Source: an uncultured Acidobacteriota bacterium (lineage in GTDB: Bacteria; Acidobacteriota; Thermoanaerobaculia; Thermoanaerobaculales; Thermoanaerobaculaceae). Taken from it: a DNA stretch of 64,000 nucleotides. Position 1 is the first letter of the stretch. Every line of letters starts with the position of its first letter. Position numbers and translations under genes: made by a program. Location of the stretch: contig CAVTZQ010000002.1 of NCBI GenBank assembly GCA_963739225.1, forward strand, positions 2,331 to 66,330, written 5' to 3'. This document shows, in pieces, positions 1-10,850 of this stretch. Under the pieces are notes generated by a model. That model did not search any database. It worked only from the letters and a program-made list of their open reading frames with translations, and had not been told where the DNA came from.

Positions 1-361
1 TCCGCATCTCGACGAACTCGGCCTTGAGCGGTTTCGCGAGGCAATCGTCGGCGACGCCAAGCAGCGGCGGCACACGCTCTGCGTGCCGGTGGCCGACGAC
101 AAAGATGAGAACGGTCGCCTGGCCGTCGGGGAGGTCACGGATGCGCTGGCCGAGCTGCAGGCCGTCGCCCTGCTTGCTTTGCAGCGCGAGAACCGCGATC
201 GGGTGGTGCTCCTGCTGGTAGGCCTCCCACGCAGTCTCGACGTCCTCACAGACTGTGACCAGATGGCCGCGGCTCTTGAGGGCATCGACTAGGATCTGGC
301 GAAGGTGCAGGTTCTCCTCGAGGAGCAGAACCGGCAAGCCGGGGGCGGTCGGAGCACTCAC
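1..361 (-). CDS. Response-regulator receiver (REC) domain protein, C-terminal part off-window; phospho-acceptor Asp apparently replaced by Ala
   Basis: Not in the ORF track because it runs off the window. My minus-strand translation from GTG at 361 (GGAGGGG 4 nt upstream) reads VSAPTAPGLPVLLLEENLHLRQILVDALKSRGHLVTVCEDVETAWEAYQQEHHPIAVLALQSKQGDGLQLGQRIRDLPDGQATVLIFVVGHRHAERVPPLLGVADDCLAKPLKAEFVEMR. The layout is CheY-like, with a conserved K-P. Confidence 0.6.
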   Translation of the reverse strand, partial: MSAPTAPGLPVLLLEENLHLRQILVDALKSRGHLVTVCEDVETAWEAYQQEHHPIAVLALQSKQGDGLQLGQRIRDLPDGQATVLIFVVGHRHAERVPPLLGVADDCLAKPLKAEFVEMR

Positions 362-474
362 GCTGCCCCTCCGCCGCGGGCGTCACCGGACAGCCGAGCG
401 GCGGGGGCGTCGACCTCCCACCACTGATCGCTGACGCGCGGGCCTCGCATTTCCCTTCCGAGCATGGGCATCTC

Positions 475-490
475 GTATCAACAATGATAC
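475..490. promoter_or_regulatory. AT-rich palindrome GTATCAacaaTGATAC between two minus-strand genes (possible operator)
   Basis: Read directly: 6-bp perfect inverted arms with a 4-nt spacer. It lies about 114 nt upstream of the REC gene start, in otherwise GC-rich DNA. Confidence 0.25.
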
Positions 491-565
491 CGCGCCCAGG
501 AAGCCCCGGCTAGCACTGCCCGAACGGTCGCCCGGCCCGGAGGTGAGGCCCCGGAGGCGCGTCGA

Positions 566-1561
566 TCAGATCTGCCGCTTCGCGCTGGGTTCGCAGGGCC
601 GCTTGTGCTCGGTCACCAACTTCTCCAGCAACGCCAGCGGGACGGCGCCCGAGACCGAGACACCGGTTCCCGCGACGCGCACCTCGATGTCGCGGAGGAC
701 GTTCACGAGCTCGGGGGACTGCGACTGCGCGTGCAGCCGGGCGGCGGCAATGGCTCCCTTCACGGCATCGCGGAGAAGCTCGGCGTTTTCGGCAGTGTCG
801 GCGGTTGCGACCCCGGAGAGCCTGAGCGAGTCGTCGAGGCTCGCCTGCATGGCGACCCGCTGGACCGCTCCCGAGGCAACCACGACGCTGCGCACTGTTT
901 CGCTGCCCTCGCCGTGCGCGTGCCCGGCGGCCTCCGTCGCCTTCTGGCGGGCCCCGGCCGGCACGGTGGCGACCATCCAGAACGGGGCGCGGATGTCGAT
1001 GTGGCCGGCCGAGATCTCCTTCTCGACGAGCGGGGGAACGGAGTGCGGAGACGCGGCAGCGGCCCCCACGGCCGCCTCCTCACCCACGATCACGAGTTCG
1101 GGCGAGATCTGCGCAAGCACGGCGGCTTCGCCGCCGTGGCGCCCAGAGGAAGGCAGCCGGTAGGCCGAGACGCCGGCCAGAGTGAAAGGCTGGGCGCCCC
1201 GCTTGACGAGAGCCGCGCCCAGCGAGCTGGGGTCGTACCGCCCGGAGAAGAGCGCCACGGCACCGGCCTCGGCCCCCTCACCCTGCGCGGCCACGACCAT
1301 GGCGTCCACGTCGCGGAACGGGTCGAGCCCTGCGTCGGTGAGGAACTGGCGCAGGTCCTCGTCCGCTCCTGTCCATGCATGCTGCCGGAGCAGCCACTCC
1401 TGCACCTTGGGGTGGGCGCGAAGCGCGGCGCTGTCAACGGCCACCACCACCTGGGCGGTAACCGGCACCGAGCGCAGCAGCTCGCCCACCGCGGGTGGGG
1501 CGGCGGTGGCGAGCGGGGCGGCCAGGGCCAGGACGATCGAAATGAAAAGAAGTCTCTTCAT
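566..1561 (-). CDS. Secreted hypothetical protein (signal peptide), downstream of the ABC-2 exporter genes
   Basis: ORF track, 331 aa. N-terminus MKRLLFISIVLALAAPLATAAP looks like a signal peptide. Ala/Gly-rich with no catalytic motif I recognise. Same strand as, and 10 nt downstream of, the permease gene. Confidence 0.6.
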   Translation of the reverse strand: MKRLLFISIVLALAAPLATAAPPAVGELLRSVPVTAQVVVAVDSAALRAHPKVQEWLLRQHAWTGADEDLRQFLTDAGLDPFRDVDAMVVAAQGEGAEAGAVALFSGRYDPSSLGAALVKRGAQPFTLAGVSAYRLPSSGRHGGEAAVLAQISPELVIVGEEAAVGAAAASPHSVPPLVEKEISAGHIDIRAPFWMVATVPAGARQKATEAAGHAHGEGSETVRSVVVASGAVQRVAMQASLDDSLRLSGVATADTAENAELLRDAVKGAIAAARLHAQSQSPELVNVLRDIEVRVAGTGVSVSGAVPLALLEKLVTEHKRPCEPSAKRQI

Positions 1562-1570
1562 TTGTGCCTC

Positions 1571-2397
1571 CTAGAAGTTCTTGCGGTTGAAGGTCACCAC
1601 TGCGGCAGCCAGGCAGACGGCGCCGAACGCTGCGGTTGTCGCGAGCGGCAGCAGCGTCGGCGTGGTCCTGCCCAGTACGTAGGCTGTGAGGTCCCGGCCT
1701 ACCTCCGCGGTCTTGGGGAGGATCCAGTACAGGCCGTGCACCACGTTGGCCCAGAAGCGCGAATCCATCGCGGCGGCAATCTGGTCATGGGCAGCCAACG
1801 GCATCGACACCATGTAGAGCGCGTAGGGCAGCATGATGGAAAGCGGGGTGGAGGAAGACAGCACGCCCACCAGGTACATGAAGCCGAGGTAGGAGAGGAA
1901 CACCACCAGGATGAGCCCCGTGGCGAGGATGAAGCGCGGGTTCCAGACCTTTGTTTTGACGGAGATGATCACGAAGACCCCCCCGCATAGGACCAGGAGG
2001 TTGACGGTCACCAGCGTCACCGCGCCAAGGTAGCGGCCGAGCAGAAGGTGGGTGCGCGTGATGGGTCTGGTCATGTACAGGTCCACCGTGCCGCGCCTCT
2101 GCAGGTTCGGCACCTGCGAGCCGGTGGCGAAGACCGCGAGGAACACCCCGAGGATGTACAGCATGGCGGCGAAAATGGACTGGCCGGTCACGACCACGGT
2201 TTCGATGGCCCGGGTCCGGTGGTGAAACTCCAACGCCTTGCCGAAGAGCGTCCCGGCCGCGAGGCTGCCGTCCACGATGTCGAGGTTGAGGGCGAACGTG
2301 AGGGTTAACAGGAACAGAGCGGAGACCAAGGCGAACCCGAGCAGCGTGTAGCGGGCCAGCGCTTCCCGCCAGGTGTCCACGATGAGCGCCCACGTCC

Positions 2398-2401
<4 letters not shown>
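1571..2401 (-). CDS. ABC-2 type transporter permease
   Basis: ORF track, 276 aa with multiple hydrophobic helices typical of ABC-2/NosY-like permeases. Its start overlaps the stop of the upstream ATPase gene by 4 nt. Confidence 0.65.
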
Positions 2402-4870
<2,469 letters not shown>

Positions 4871-5290
4871 GTTTTTTCGGGCTTCGCCCCATACCCCTTG
4901 CGTTCCTTCTGACTGCGTGACGGCTTCTGTTTTGCCAGGCGGGTGCGCGTCCGCTCGTCGCTTGCTCGCCCCCGCTCGCTGCGCGCCGAGACTCCCTCGA
5001 CCGCGACCCGGAAGCGCGTCCCGCGCCGGGGCCCCTCGGTGTCCGCATGAGACGGCGTCACCGACACCCCGTCCCGGTCCGCGCGCTGGGTCCCCGCGGT
5101 CTCGGGAGACATGGCCGCTGGCACCCGCATGGCGGGTTGAATACTCCCTGCCAGAATCCGTTTGGGCGGACCCTCACGGTCAAGCGTCTGCATTGGTGAG
5201 ACGGTTCAGGCAGGTCCGCGGCAAACGGGAGGGTGGTGGTGAGATCCGCCCCGCGGGCGGAAGGAGCCATGGCGCCGAAGCGTGCGGGCC
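4871..5290 (+). repeat. Copy A of dispersed GC-rich MITE-like repeat family (long form: unit 1 about 4934-5145 plus unit 2 about 5171-5289)
   Basis: Read directly. It shares long blocks with 29246-29444 and 58684-58925, and in reverse complement with 33916-34272 and 61135-61425. It starts immediately after the ahcY stop codon. Confidence 0.85.
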
Positions 5291-5457
5291 GAAGGAGTAA
5301 CGAGGGGAAGCGGGGCAAAGCCCCGGGAAGAGCGGCGGACCGCTGTTCGCCGGTCAGAGGCAACCATTGGCCGGGGAAGCGCAAACCCGGTGGTTGAACG
5401 AGCGTATCGTGTGCGTGGGCGGCACCCGCGCGGCGGCCGCCAGTTCGGGAGGCGGAG

Positions 5458-6222
5458 ATGAGTGACGAGCGCTTTCGCCACAACGTGCCCAGGCTGTTCC
5501 TCGGCCTGATGGTCATCGCGGTCGGGGTGCTGTTCACCCTCGACAGGCTGGGGTACGTGAACGCGGGTGATTTCTGGGAGTACTGGCCCGTCCTGCTGAT
5601 CGCGGCGGGGATCGGGCGGGTCATCCAGCCGTGCTCGGCCCACGAGCGCGGATTCGGGGTGGTCCTGATTATGGTTGGGGCCTGGTTCCTGCTCTCCAAC
5701 CTAGACCTCATCCACTACCGCTTCAGGGACGTCTGGCCGATCCTCCTGGTGCTTCTGGGGATCACGATGGTCTGGCGGGCGATCGCAGGACCCTCCTGGG
5801 AAGGCCCCCGGCGGCGCCTGAAGGAGGAGAGGGCAACCGCTGAGGGCTCCGCAGCCGTGGGCGGTCCCGCAACCAGCGCCTCCGTCACCAGTAGCACCGT
5901 GAGCGGCTTCGCTCTCCTCGGCGGGGTGAATCGTAGGTGCGTCTCGCAGGATTTCCGGGGCGGGTCGCTCACCGCGATCATGGGGGGGTGTGAGCTGGAC
6001 CTGCGGCACGCATCGATCTCCAGCGGCCAGGCGGTCATAGACACGTTTGCCTTCTGGGGCGGGATCGAGATCAAGGTCCCGCAGGAGTGGACGGTGGTGG
6101 TGCAAGGGACACCGATCCTCGGAGCTTTTGACGATAAGACCGTACGGGTGGGCGGCGACGGCAGCAAGGTGCTGGTGATCAAGGGCGTCGCGCTTATGGG
6201 CGGCGTCGACGTGAAGAACTAG
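5458..6222 (+). CDS. LiaF-like / cell-wall-active antibiotic response protein (N-terminal TM region plus LiaF-type C-terminal domain)
   Basis: ORF track, 254 aa. It has N-terminal hydrophobic helices. The C-terminal segment SGFALLGGVNRRCVSQDFRGGSLTAIMGGCELDLRHA...FAFWGGIEIKVPQEW...GAFDD resembles the LiaF/DUF2154 fold. It sits directly upstream of a LytS-type kinase. Confidence 0.6.
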   Translation: MSDERFRHNVPRLFLGLMVIAVGVLFTLDRLGYVNAGDFWEYWPVLLIAAGIGRVIQPCSAHERGFGVVLIMVGAWFLLSNLDLIHYRFRDVWPILLVLLGITMVWRAIAGPSWEGPRRRLKEERATAEGSAAVGGPATSASVTSSTVSGFALLGGVNRRCVSQDFRGGSLTAIMGGCELDLRHASISSGQAVIDTFAFWGGIEIKVPQEWTVVVQGTPILGAFDDKTVRVGGDGSKVLVIKGVALMGGVDVKN

Positions 6223-6225
6223 CAC

Positions 6226-7290
6226 ATGCACCCGATCCTCGCCTACCGTGGCCGGCTGGGTCCGTACCTCGCTGCCTGGGTTCCACTGGGGGGCCTGATG
6301 GCAGGGCTGCTGGCGATCGCCGGATCGCCGTGGGTCGAAGCGGCAGCCATCGCCTTCCCCATGGCCCTCATCTACGCCTTCATCTGTCTCGCGGCCTGGT
6401 ACCCGTGCAAGAGCGCCTCCCCGCACAACGTCCCCTTCGCGAGAGTGATCGCGACCCAGGCCATGGCGGCTGCGGTCTCCGCGATGCTGTGGCTGTTTCT
6501 AGTCGACACCTGGGTGGTCCTGTTGGAGCAGATCCCCATCTTCGCCAAGGCAACGGAGCGCTTCCCACGCCTGGTGCCGGTAATCCTGGCTGTGGGAGTG
6601 GTGCTGTACGCGCTGGCCGCCTCGCTCCACTATCTGCTCATGGCGTTCGAGGAGGCGCGGCGGGCGGAGCGGAACGCCCTCGAGCTCGAGGTGTTCGCGA
6701 GGGAAGCCGAGCTACGCTCGCTGCGGGCCCAGATCGACCCACACTTCCTCTTCAACGCGCTCAACTCGATCAGCTCACTTACCGGAAGCAACCCCGCGGC
6801 GGCCCGGCAGATGTGCCTCGAGCTCGCGGAGTTCATGCGGGAGAGTCTGCGGCTGGGGGGCGTCCCCAACATCCCGCTCGCCGAAGAACTGGCGCTGACG
6901 GAGAAGTACCTGGCTGTGGAGCGGGCGCGCTTCGGCTCGCGTCTCAAGGTGGAGCGGGAGATCAGCGCGGAGGCGGGCTCGTGCGGAGTGCCTCCTCTCG
7001 TACTGCAGCCTCTCGTCGAGAACGCCGTCCGGCACGGGGTCGCGCACCTCGTGGAGGGCGGGCTCGTGCGGATCGCGGCACGCCGCTCGGGCGGTCAGCT
7101 TCACCTCACCGTGGAGAACCCCGTGGATCCAAGCGTGCCCGTCAAGCCCGGCGAGGGAGTCGGCCTCGCCAACGTGCGCGGCCGCCTAGCCGCGCTGTAC
7201 GGCCAGAACGCCAGCGTCGAGGTGCGGCGGGACGGCGAAATCTTCCGCGTCGAGCTCGCCTGGCCCGCGGCGCCTGCGGAGGCGCGGTAA
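6226..7290 (+). CDS. Sensor histidine kinase, LytS/YehU family (5-6 TM plus His_kinase plus HATPase_c)
   Basis: ORF track, 354 aa. Diagnostic LRAQIDPHFLFNALNSISSL H-box of the LytS-type (PF06580-like) family. ATPase motifs LQPLVENAVRHG and GEGVGLANVRGRL. Confidence 0.85.
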   Translation: MHPILAYRGRLGPYLAAWVPLGGLMAGLLAIAGSPWVEAAAIAFPMALIYAFICLAAWYPCKSASPHNVPFARVIATQAMAAAVSAMLWLFLVDTWVVLLEQIPIFAKATERFPRLVPVILAVGVVLYALAASLHYLLMAFEEARRAERNALELEVFAREAELRSLRAQIDPHFLFNALNSISSLTGSNPAAARQMCLELAEFMRESLRLGGVPNIPLAEELALTEKYLAVERARFGSRLKVEREISAEAGSCGVPPLVLQPLVENAVRHGVAHLVEGGLVRIAARRSGGQLHLTVENPVDPSVPVKPGEGVGLANVRGRLAALYGQNASVEVRRDGEIFRVELAWPAAPAEAR

Positions 7291-7311
7291 CGTTATCCTG
7301 ACGGCAGCTCT

Positions 7312-8067
7312 ATGGCGGAGACGAGCCCACCCGACCGACTGCGTGTGGCAATCGTGGACGACGAGGAGCCGGCGCGGACTGTGCTGCGCGAGTACCTCGC
7401 TGCGTACCCCGAGATCGAGGTTGCGGCCGAGTGCGCCAACGGGTTCGAGGCGGTCAGAGCCGCGGACGAGCTCGACCCCGACCTGCTCTTACTGGATGTG
7501 CAGATGCCGGGTCTCTCGGGCTTCGAGGTACTGGAACTCCTCGATCGCGACGTAGCGGTGGTGTTCGTCACCGCCTACGACGAGCACGCGCTGCATGCCT
7601 TCGAGGTGCATGCCGTGGACTACCTTCTCAAACCGTTCTCAGCGGAGCGCCTCGGGCAGGCCCTCGCCCGCGCCCGGCAGCGCCTCGGTCGGCCACAGCC
7701 GTTGCTCGCCGGGATCGCCGCCGCCGCGAGGCCGGCCGGGGTTCCGCTGACCCGCCTACTTGTCCGGGAGGGCCCGCAGGTTCACGTGATCCCTGTCGAG
7801 GCGCTCGACGTCGCGGAGGCGCGCGACGACTACCTGTGCCTCCGTGCGGGAGGGAGAGAGTTCCGAAAGCAGCAGACGCTGTCGGAGCTCGAGGAACAGC
7901 TCGACCCCGAGAAGTTCGTGCGTGTGCACCGCTCGTTCATCGTGAACGTGGAGCGAGTGGCGCGCATCGAGCGCTACGCCAAGGACAGCCGGCTGGTGGT
8001 GCTCCGGGACGGCAGCAAGCTCCCCGTGAGCCGGGCCGGGTACGCGCGCCTTCGCGGCCGGCTCTGA
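7312..8067 (+). CDS. LytR/AlgR-family response regulator (REC plus LytTR DNA-binding domain)
   Basis: ORF track, 251 aa. REC motifs VAIVDDEEP, LLLLDVQMPGLSG and YLLKPF. C-terminal LytTR-like FVRVHRSFIVNVERV. Confidence 0.88.
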   Translation: MAETSPPDRLRVAIVDDEEPARTVLREYLAAYPEIEVAAECANGFEAVRAADELDPDLLLLDVQMPGLSGFEVLELLDRDVAVVFVTAYDEHALHAFEVHAVDYLLKPFSAERLGQALARARQRLGRPQPLLAGIAAAARPAGVPLTRLLVREGPQVHVIPVEALDVAEARDDYLCLRAGGREFRKQQTLSELEEQLDPEKFVRVHRSFIVNVERVARIERYAKDSRLVVLRDGSKLPVSRAGYARLRGRL

Positions 8068-8101
8068 GCGGCTCCCGGGCAGCTAGCCGTTCGTCGCGCC
8101 G

Positions 8102-9163
8102 CTAGACCTTCACCATCCAGCCGTGGGTGTCCTTGGAGGTGCCGAACTGGATGGAGGTAAGGGTCTCGCGCAGCTTCTTCGCCACCGGACCCTCGTCGCC
8201 GTCGCCGACGCGGTAGACCTGGTCGCCGTCCACGAGCTCGCCGACGGGTGAGACCACCGCCGCTGTCCCGCAGCCGAAGATCTCGGTGCAGTCCCCGCTG
8301 GCCAGGCTCTGAAAAACCTCTTCAATGTGGATCGACCGTTCGACGAAGGGAAGCTTCAGCTCCTTGCAGAGCACGCCCAGGCTCTCTCGGGTGATGCCGG
8401 CGAGGATCGTGCCCGAGGTGGGCGGGGTTGTCACCACGCCATCGAACACGAAGATCAGGTTCATCGCACCGACCTCTTCCACGTGGCGGCGCTCAACCGC
8501 GTCGAGCCAGAGCACCTGTTCGCACCCCTTCTTCTTCGCAACGGCGCTTGCCAGAAGGGAGGCGGCGTAGTTGCCGCCGGTCTTGGAAGCGCCCGTGCCG
8601 CCGGGGGCGGCGCGCACCCAGTCGCGCGACACCATGATCCGCACGGTGCTGCTGCTCGTGGCGAAGTAGGGGCCGGTCGGGCCCGTGATGATGAAATAGA
8701 GGAAGCTCCTGGAACTGTGAACGCCCAGCGCCTCCTGGGTGGCGATCATGGTCGGGCGCACGTAGAGCGTGGCGGGCGGAGGGGGGACCCAGTCAACGTC
8801 GATCCTGATGAGCGTGCGCATCGCCTCTGCCTGCAGCTCCACCGGGATTTCGGGCATCGACATACGCTTTGCGGAGGTGTTGAGCCGCGCGGCGTTGCGT
8901 TCCGGCCGGAACAGGTGGACCGATCCGTCGGGGTGGCGAAATGCCTTCAGGCCCTCGAAGATCTCCTGCCCGTAGTGGAACACCATGGCGGAGGGGGCCA
9001 GGGACAGAGGCCCATAGGGGACGATCCGCGGGTCGTGCCAGCCCTTCCCCTCGTCCCAGTCGACGAGGAACATGTTCGACGAGAAGGTGCGCCCGAAGGG
9101 CAGGTTCTTGGGGTCCAGCGGGGTCTTGGGGGCTCGGGCGACCGACCTGTCGAGGATGTCCAT
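8102..9163 (-). CDS. ilvE: Branched-chain amino acid aminotransferase
   Basis: ORF 8102..9199, with the likely start at ATG 9163 (AAAAGGAG upstream). FHYGQEIFEGLKAF, GGTGASKTGGNYAASL and GITRESL match class IV BCAT. Confidence 0.9.
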   Translation of the reverse strand: MDILDRSVARAPKTPLDPKNLPFGRTFSSNMFLVDWDEGKGWHDPRIVPYGPLSLAPSAMVFHYGQEIFEGLKAFRHPDGSVHLFRPERNAARLNTSAKRMSMPEIPVELQAEAMRTLIRIDVDWVPPPPATLYVRPTMIATQEALGVHSSRSFLYFIITGPTGPYFATSSSTVRIMVSRDWVRAAPGGTGASKTGGNYAASLLASAVAKKKGCEQVLWLDAVERRHVEEVGAMNLIFVFDGVVTTPPTSGTILAGITRESLGVLCKELKLPFVERSIHIEEVFQSLASGDCTEIFGCGTAAVVSPVGELVDGDQVYRVGDGDEGPVAKKLRETLTSIQFGTSKDTHGWMVKV

Positions 9164-9255
9164 GCCTACTCCTTTTCCGGTGGCGGGCACCGGTGGCAAG
9201 CGTAACCGGCCGGTTGCCAGCGCCTAAGAGTAGCGCACCTAGTGACGCCTGAGAA

Positions 9256-9735
9256 CTACCTCGACGCCGCGCCGGGAAGTGCCATCGGAAGCATCGGACG
9301 GCCGGCCATGACCGACCACGTTCCGCTCTTCTTCCCCCATACAAAGGCGACGTGGAACTTCATGGCCGGCATGACGGAGCCGTCCGGCGCGGTCATTCCG
9401 GTGACCGTGATATCCCAGTCGGCGAGCGCGACCTCTGGCGCCAGCGTGCGAACCGCGATGGCGTCCGTTGTCATTGTCGTCGCGTTCATCACGGTGGACT
9501 GCTCGTCGGCGAAGAGCCTGGCCACCTCGTCACGTCCCTTGGCCCATCGGCCGAAGGGGTTGATGAGGTCTCCGTCGGGTAAGAAGAGGGCGGCCATCGC
9601 CTTGCTGTCGTGGCGGTTCCACGCGGCGACGAACTCGCCGGTGCGTTTCTCTACCGCCTGGGTGGCGGTGTCCGCAGCGAAGGCACCAAAAGCGATGAGG
9701 TTGAGAGCGACCACACCTAGAAAGACCTTTCTCAT
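9256..9735 (-). CDS. Secreted SnoaL-like / DUF4440 (SgcJ/EcaC-type) protein
   Basis: ORF 9256..9804, with internal ATG at 9735 preceded by GGGAGAAAG. Signal peptide MRKVFLGVVALNLIAFGAFA. FVAAWNRHDSKAMAALFLPDGDLINPFG is typical of the NTF2-like SgcJ family. Confidence 0.6.
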   Translation of the reverse strand: MRKVFLGVVALNLIAFGAFAADTATQAVEKRTGEFVAAWNRHDSKAMAALFLPDGDLINPFGRWAKGRDEVARLFADEQSTVMNATTMTTDAIAVRTLAPEVALADWDITVTGMTAPDGSVMPAMKFHVAFVWGKKSGTWSVMAGRPMLPMALPGAASR

Positions 9736-9886
9736 TGAGCTTTCTCCCTTTTCCGGGGGGTGTTGGGTGCACGGGGTAAGACCCGTGCAAGTGTGCAACG
9801 CCACGGGCTTTCACCTCGACTTCAGGCAGGGACAACCGCACCGCACGGGGGGACATTCCGCCGGGCGGCGGGCATGGACCATGGCT

Positions 9887-10645
9887 TCAGACCGGATTGG
9901 GGAGGTCGAAGAAACGCACCTCGAGATCGAAGCGCTTGGCTAGGAACTCGCCCAGGGACCGCACGCCGAAACGTTCGGTGGCGTAGTGGCCCGCGGCCAG
10001 GAAGTGCACGCTGTCCTCGGCGGCACGGTGCAACACCCACTCACGCGCCTCTCCGGTGATGTAGGCGTCGAGCCCGGCAGCGACGGCCTCTTCAAAACCG
10101 GTGGGCGCCCCGCCGGTCACGATTCCCACCGAGGCGACCCGCTCCGGGCCGCCGGGGAAGATCTGCGGCTCCTGGCCGCAGACCTTGCGGATGCGGACGA
10201 AGAGCTCCTCCGCGGGCACGGGGTCGGGAAAGACCCCGGCGACCCCGATCGCCACCCCGCCGAAGCTGCCAAACGGCTCGAGCTGATCGAGGCCGAGCTC
10301 GCGCGCCAGCACCGCGGCGTTGCCGTGAGCCGGGTGCCGGTCCAAAGGCAGGTGGTAGGCGATCAGGTTGAGTTCGTTCTCGAAGAGGAGGCGCAGACGC
10401 TGGCGGAACGAGCCGATCACACGCGGGGGGTCGTCCCCGCGCCACAGCACGCCGTGGTGGACCAGCACCGCGTCCGCCCCCCAGTCCGCCGCCTGGGAAA
10501 ACAGCTCGGCGGAGGCGGAGACGCCGGTTGCAAGCCTTTCCACCTCCGGCCTCCCTGCCACCTGGAGGCCGTTGACGGCGATGTCCTCCAGCGCTTCTAC
10601 CTCCAGCAGGTCATCGAGGTAGGCAATGAGCTGGTCGCGGTCCAT
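9887..10645 (-). CDS. Nif3-like dinuclear metal center protein (GTP cyclohydrolase 1 type 2 homolog family)
   Basis: ORF 9887..10798, with ATG at 10645 giving MDRDQLIAYLDDLL... AVLVHHG, AYHLPLDRHP and AAGHYATERFG are typical of the YbgI/Nif3 family. Confidence 0.85.
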   Translation of the reverse strand: MDRDQLIAYLDDLLEVEALEDIAVNGLQVAGRPEVERLATGVSASAELFSQAADWGADAVLVHHGVLWRGDDPPRVIGSFRQRLRLLFENELNLIAYHLPLDRHPAHGNAAVLARELGLDQLEPFGSFGGVAIGVAGVFPDPVPAEELFVRIRKVCGQEPQIFPGGPERVASVGIVTGGAPTGFEEAVAAGLDAYITGEAREWVLHRAAEDSVHFLAAGHYATERFGVRSLGEFLAKRFDLEVRFFDLPNPV

Positions 10646-10850
10646 GCGGCCATTTGAACCGAGGTCGCGTCCCAAAGCAAGATGCGCGCTGGCGAGCGGG
10701 GAATCGATGAGCGGCGGGGCAGAAGGGCCGGGGAGCTGGAGACGAGCAGCCTTCTTCCCCACGCTCGCTCTGCTGGTGGCAACCGCGTCGCCGGCCACCT
10801 GTCTTCCGGCCTCGGACCACGAGAGGGGACCGGGAAGCTACAATCCCCAC

